A DNA stretch of 64,000 nt from Candidatus Latescibacterota bacterium (GTDB taxonomy: Bacteria > Latescibacterota > UBA2968 > UBA8231): NCBI GenBank assembly GCA_965223905.1, contig CBDCXV010000001.1, forward strand, positions 832,001 to 896,000. Reading direction: 5' to 3'. Both the position numbers and the translations under genes were made by a program. This document shows positions 59,735 to 64,000 of this stretch, piece by piece. The notes below the pieces were generated by a model, which did no database searches, was not told the origin of the DNA, and saw only the letters and a list, made by a program, of their open reading frames with translations. Position 1 is the first letter of the stretch, and each line of letters begins with the position of its first letter.

Positions 59735-62700
59735 TCAGGTGCTGCCTGCCGTCATGGCAGGGACCGGCCTCGCTTTCAAGGGCAGCGCCGCCCCTGCATC
59801 ACCGTCCCGGATTTTCCCTTGCCCGGCCGCGGCGGCGGCCACCCGGTCGCGCCAGGAGACCGGCACGCGCATGCGGCCCTCGTTCTTGCGGTCGAAGAGC
59901 AAGAACCCCTGGTCGAGGCCGTGGCGGAAGAGATCGCGGGTGAGCTGGACGTCGTGGCGGCAGTACTCCTCGATGAGATCAAGGCGGCCCTGTTTCCACC
60001 AGCGCAGCGCCTGCAGGCCGTCGGCGGTTTTCCGGGCGTCGAGGGTCGCCGTCGCCAGCCCCTGGAGACTGACGCGGTAGTTGAGGTGGGCGTGCACCTC
60101 GCGCAGGATGTCGAGGGTGTTGAGCTCGCGGAAGTCGTAGCGGGAGTAGCCGCGCAGGACGCTGTAGTCGAAGCCGATGACGTTGAAGCCGACGACGAGG
60201 TCGGCTCGCCGAAGCAACCCGATCAGCTCGTCGATGCGGTCCTCGAAGTAGGTGATGAAGCGGTCCTCGCGGCTGTCCCAGGCGATGCCGCACGATACCC
60301 GCATCAGGCTGGTCTTGTTCCAGCCTCCTACCTCGGCGGCGCTGAGCTGGGTTTCGAGATCGAACACCACGACGTGCGGGCTTTTTTCCGTCTCGAACCG
60401 GTTTTCCTCTTCTTGACAGTCCTCCCCGAGCTCCCAGTCCGCGAACAGGGGCGGCTCCTCTTCGATGGAGCTCACCGCCAGGGATTTCTCGTCGAGGCTG
60501 CGGCGCCCGGTGAGTATCTCGAGGAGGTGGATGCAGCCGGCCTTGTCGAGGGGGTGGTTGCCGGCGCCGCAGCTGGGAAAGTGGATGCAGGAGGGACAGC
60601 CCTCGTCGCAGTCGCAGCCGGCGACCATTTCCAGGGTGAGCTCGAACAGGCGGTCGAGCATGTCGTACCCGGTCTCGGCGAGGCCGATGCCCCCGGGGTA
60701 CTGGTCGTAGATGAAGATGGCGCCCTTTCCGAGCTGCGGGTGCAGCGGGTAACAGATGCCGCCGACGTCGGTCTGCTTGCTCAGGGCCAGCATCGGGAAC
60801 AGCGACTTCACCGCGTGCTCGACGGCGTGCAGCGATCCCATGTGGTGAAAGCCGTGGCGCTTGAGCTGCTTCTTGAAGGGGGCGTCCATCTCGATCCAGA
60901 AGCCGACGGTCTCGAACTGCTGCACCGGGCTTTCGAGAGGGTGGCGCCCGAGGATGGCCTGGTCGCCGACACGCACCTTCTCGTAGGCGATCACCTGCGA
61001 GCTGACGAGCAGCCGCCCGAGCCGGGCCATGTACCCGTGCATCGGCCTGGCGCGCTGCTCCTCGATGATCTCGGTCTCCTTTTCGTACTTGGGGCGGGTG
61101 TAGTAGGGGACGTCGACGGCCTCGGCCTCGATCTGCCGTTTGGCGGGATTGCGCGCGCCGATCAGGTACTGGCGCCCCCGGTGCAGGTAGACGGCCCCCT
61201 CGTAGCACTCGCCGTAGAGCTGGCCGCCGCTCACCGAACCGATGGTCCGCTGCCGGTGCACGATGTTCCAGGACTCGCCGATGGAGCGCATGTTGACCAG
61301 GCGGTGCGGCTGCCTGCGCGCCGCGAACCAGGCGTCGCCGTCGGCGCTGCGCAGCAGGGTTCCCGCGGCGGTGAGCTCGTCGAGCGCCTCGCGGTAGCCG
61401 GCGATGGCGTACTCCGGTTCGTCGCCGGCAAGCGGCAGCTCGCGCGCGGCGCAGGCGAGGTGGTCCTGGAGGATGTAGCGGTTCGATGGATCGGCGACGG
61501 CGTTCTCGACCCGGCGCTGGAAGACGTGGTGCGGATGGGCCATGAAGAACTGGTCGAGGGCGTCGCGGCCGGCGATGAGGAGCACCAGCGACTCGCGCCC
61601 GGAACGCCCGACGCGCCCGGCGCGCTGCCAGGTGTTGACGATGCTCCCCGGGTATCCGACCAGCACGCAGACGTCGAGACCTCCGATATCGATGCCGAGC
61701 TCCAGCGCCGAGGTGGAGACCACGCCGAGCAGCTCGCCGGAGACCAGCCGGGCTTCGATTTCGCGGCGCTCTTCCGGCATGTACCCGGCGCGGTACGAGC
61801 TGATGCGGTCGCGCAGGTCGGGGCGCGCCTGCGTCGCCCAGCGGTAGATGAGCTCGGTGACGACACGGGCCCGGGTGAACACGATGGAGCGGAACCCCTG
61901 CGACACGCTCAGCTGCAACAGCCGGGCGGCCGCGGTATTGGGGCTTTCCTGGGGGTTGAGGAAGAGGAAGTGCCGCGCCGCCGCGGGGGCCCCGCTTTCG
62001 GTGATCGCGGTGAATTCGCGGTTGCAGAGCCTGGCGGCGAACTCGGCCGGATTGCCGATGGTGGCCGAGCAGGCGATGTACCGGGGGTCGCCCCCGCAAG
62101 AGGCGCAGATGCGGTTGAGCCGCCGGACCAGGTGCAGGACGTGGCTGCCGAAGATGCCGCTGTACGCGTGCAGCTCGTCGAGCACGACGAAGCGGAGATT
62201 GGCGAGGAAGCTTTCCCAGGTTTCGCGGAAGGCCAGGATGCCGCCGTGCAGCATGTCCGGGGTGGTGATGAGGATGTGGGGCGGATCCTCCCTGATTTTC
62301 CGGCGCTCGTGGGGCTTGGTGTCGCCGTCGTAGATCTCGGCCCGCAGCCCCTCTCCTGAACCGCCGTTGAGCTCGGCCAGCAGCGACTGCAGCTCCGCGT
62401 GCTGGTCCTGCTCGAGCGCCTTGAGGGGAAAGACGTAGAGGGCGCGCCCGCCGGGATCGGCCAGCAGCGACGAGAGCACCGCGGCGTTGTAAATCAGCGA
62501 CTTGCCCGAGGCGGTCGGAGTCGCGACGACGACGTTGCGGCCCTCGCCGATGTGACGGAGCGCCTCTTCCTGGTGGCTGTAGAGGCGGGCGACAGCTGCC
62601 GCTTCGACGACGCGGGCGACCCCGGGACCGAGGTGATCGATCCGTTCCGCCAGTCGGCCGGGCTGCGCAGGGAGGGTGCGCTCATGGACGATCTCCTCCC

Positions 62701-63025
62701 CCGCTACGGTCCGCTTGAGCTGATCGATGTAATCGGACAGGGGTACCGAGCCGGGGGTTGGGGCGGAGAACCGGACGGGGCAGGCGCCGTCCGCCGATGG
62801 CGTGGGGAGTGCCTCGGCGGTCGGGCCCTTTCGCGACCCTGCCGCGGGAGTCTCCTTGCCCGGGAAAGCCGGCAGATCCCCGGGATCGAGCCTGCGGATC
62901 TGCTCGATGCGGTCGCGCAGACCCCCGGCCGCGGTCCGCTGCTCCGGCTCGGGGGGCGGTTCGGACAGGCGGCCGTCTGCCGGCGGATCCTCGGGGAACT
63001 CCGAGGGATCGATCCTGCGAATCAT
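59735..63025 (-). CDS. DEAH-box helicase with DUF1998 (YprA/MrfA/SftH-like) fused to an RNase H-like DEDD exonuclease (YprB/MrfB-like)
   Basis: TPTASGKS, FPLKALEQDQ, DELH, SAT, STSALELGIDIG, QRAGRVGR, CDCDEGCPSC, then FDLETQ, GFN...FD, YCRHDV. ATG at 63025. Confidence 0.92.
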   Translation of the reverse strand: MIRRIDPSEFPEDPPADGRLSEPPPEPEQRTAAGGLRDRIEQIRRLDPGDLPAFPGKETPAAGSRKGPTAEALPTPSADGACPVRFSAPTPGSVPLSDYIDQLKRTVAGEEIVHERTLPAQPGRLAERIDHLGPGVARVVEAAAVARLYSHQEEALRHIGEGRNVVVATPTASGKSLIYNAAVLSSLLADPGGRALYVFPLKALEQDQHAELQSLLAELNGGSGEGLRAEIYDGDTKPHERRKIREDPPHILITTPDMLHGGILAFRETWESFLANLRFVVLDELHAYSGIFGSHVLHLVRRLNRICASCGGDPRYIACSATIGNPAEFAARLCNREFTAITESGAPAAARHFLFLNPQESPNTAAARLLQLSVSQGFRSIVFTRARVVTELIYRWATQARPDLRDRISSYRAGYMPEERREIEARLVSGELLGVVSTSALELGIDIGGLDVCVLVGYPGSIVNTWQRAGRVGRSGRESLVLLIAGRDALDQFFMAHPHHVFQRRVENAVADPSNRYILQDHLACAARELPLAGDEPEYAIAGYREALDELTAAGTLLRSADGDAWFAARRQPHRLVNMRSIGESWNIVHRQRTIGSVSGGQLYGECYEGAVYLHRGRQYLIGARNPAKRQIEAEAVDVPYYTRPKYEKETEIIEEQRARPMHGYMARLGRLLVSSQVIAYEKVRVGDQAILGRHPLESPVQQFETVGFWIEMDAPFKKQLKRHGFHHMGSLHAVEHAVKSLFPMLALSKQTDVGGICYPLHPQLGKGAIFIYDQYPGGIGLAETGYDMLDRLFELTLEMVAGCDCDEGCPSCIHFPSCGAGNHPLDKAGCIHLLEILTGRRSLDEKSLAVSSIEEEPPLFADWELGEDCQEEENRFETEKSPHVVVFDLETQLSAAEVGGWNKTSLMRVSCGIAWDSREDRFITYFEDRIDELIGLLRRADLVVGFNVIGFDYSVLRGYSRYDFRELNTLDILREVHAHLNYRVSLQGLATATLDARKTADGLQALRWWKQGRLDLIEEYCRHDVQLTRDLFRHGLDQGFLLFDRKNEGRMRVPVSWRDRVAAAAAGQGKIRDGDAGAALPLKARPVPAMTAGST

Positions 63026-63110
63026 GCGGTTTTTCGATGCTCCTGCTGAGGCTTGCCGGCCGAGGGGGGAGGGGAGGCCGGCAAGCTGCACTTCTGGACA
63101 AGTGCCCGCA

Positions 63111-63140
63111 AGTATACTACCGGAGATCGATCCTTGGCAA
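63111..63140 (-). promoter_or_regulatory. Putative sigma70 promoter of the helicase gene
   Basis: TTGCCA, 18-nt spacer, TATACT on the minus strand. Confidence 0.5.
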
Positions 63141-63390
63141 ACGAAATTCGCGCTGGCAACCAGTTGCCGCCGGAGACCTGCCCGAGATTATCGGAGGCCG
63201 TGCCCCGATTCGAATGGACACCGATCCGCCAAGGACGTGCTGCTCGCCGGAACCGAAGGCCGTCACGGTCGCGGGCTGCGTCGCCGCCGGCCTTGCGGAT
63301 GAAACGGCGCGGTCTCCAACTGTGCGCCTGACAGGTCGAAGCGGGAAAAGGGCGGCTCCTCCATCGGCGGTGCGCCGGGCGTTTGGAGCG

Positions 63391-63825
63391 TCAGGTCGTC
63401 CAGTTCTCCACAGCGAGGTCTTTAATCCGTCTGAAGTGCCGGGTATTGTTGCTGACCAGCGTCGCCTGCAGGGCCAGGGCGTGGGCGGCAATCAGGAGGT
63501 CCATGGCTCCGATGACCTGCCCCTTTTGTTCCAGCTCTCTGCGGACCTTCCCGTAAAACCGGGCGCACTGGTCCGGGTCGAAAGCGTATTCGTCGAATGG
63601 GGCGAGGATTTTCTCCAGGGCGCCGCGTTCTTTTTGCGGGGATGCCGACCGCTCGACGCCGTATTCGAGCTCGGCCATGGTGAGGGCCGAGATGCCGACG
63701 AAGTCGCCCGGTGTAGAAGACCGGGCCCTGATCCTTGCGACGAACCGTTGCGTCTTTGCCGAGGGGCCGCGTTTGAGGGAACGGATCAGAAAGATGACGA
63801 TGTCCGTGTCGAGCAGGTAGATCAT
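63391..63825 (-). CDS. vapC: VapC family PIN-domain ribonuclease toxin
   Basis: MIYLLDTD, ISALTMAELEYG, IGAMDLLIAAHAL, LVSNNTRHFRRI..L.VENW. Confidence 0.93.
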   Translation of the reverse strand: MIYLLDTDIVIFLIRSLKRGPSAKTQRFVARIRARSSTPGDFVGISALTMAELEYGVERSASPQKERGALEKILAPFDEYAFDPDQCARFYGKVRRELEQKGQVIGAMDLLIAAHALALQATLVSNNTRHFRRIKDLAVENWTT

Positions 63826-63965
63826 CAGGACCCCGTGGCAAGACTCCATTCGGGCCGCGGCCGGCTCCCGCGGCCGGTTTCCGCGTTGCACCCGATCAGC
63901 GCATTTCTCCCAATGCGCCTCACTCGCGCGCCCTTATCCCGGCCACAATCGCTCAACCTCGCCAT
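63825..63965 (-). pseudogene. Possible decayed VapB (AbrB-type) antitoxin
   Basis: 46-aa ORF (MARLSDCGRDKGARVRRIGRNALIG...) whose TGA overlaps the vapC ATG. Only VRRIGRNALI resembles VapB. Confidence 0.4.
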
Positions 63966-64000
63966 CAAGCCAACCTCACCATGGGTTCCTATCCGAAGAC

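Noticed and set aside
58928-62359. 1143-aa plus-strand ORF, and similar long antisense ORFs such as 13650..16031, 4975..7296, 15538..17424 and 21451..23022
   Set aside because: They are shadows of well-supported genes on the opposite strand or frame in high-GC DNA and show no recognisable motifs.
53174-63970. Shared GCCATCAAGC at the starts of the MTase gene and the vapB-like remnant
   Set aside because: A 10-bp match that includes the start codon context; compatible with chance.

Overview
A GC-rich bacterial chromosome segment in two halves. The left half (1-30.6 kb, mostly minus strand) is housekeeping. It holds cell-envelope glycosylation genes and an aromatic amino acid supra-operon: trpL attenuator-trpE-trpG-trpD-trpC-trpS-chorismate mutase-tyrA-aroA-like-small membrane protein-aroE-argS-aroK-aroB-rimO-DUF971. 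The right half (30.9-64 kb) is accessory. Three compositionally distinct anti-phage modules are interleaved with carbohydrate/sulfate catabolic genes and gene remnants: a complete type I Zorya (zorABCD) with a Uma2-family nuclease gene overlapping zorA, an McrBC-like type IV restriction pair, and a type II R-M pair. It ends with a DUF1998 helicase-exonuclease fusion and a vapC gene whose antitoxin looks decayed. No integrase, transposase, rRNA, tRNA or CRISPR array was seen. The most unusual observations are: (1) a full-length AroA homologue that has lost nearly every substrate-binding residue while staying in its operon; (2) the Uma2-zorABCD five-gene arrangement; (3) mini-ORFs that span intergenic gaps of the trp/aro operon from the upstream stop to the downstream start; (4) a complete Trp attenuator; (5) a GH32 lacking its acid/base Glu; (6) an REase with a Cfr10I/NgoMIV-type rearranged active site paired with an amino-methyltransferase. 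All calls come from reading motifs by eye; no database search was run. A C-terminal 'SSWGRLK' motif in one remnant hints at a Latescibacterota/Poribacteria-like lineage (inference only).
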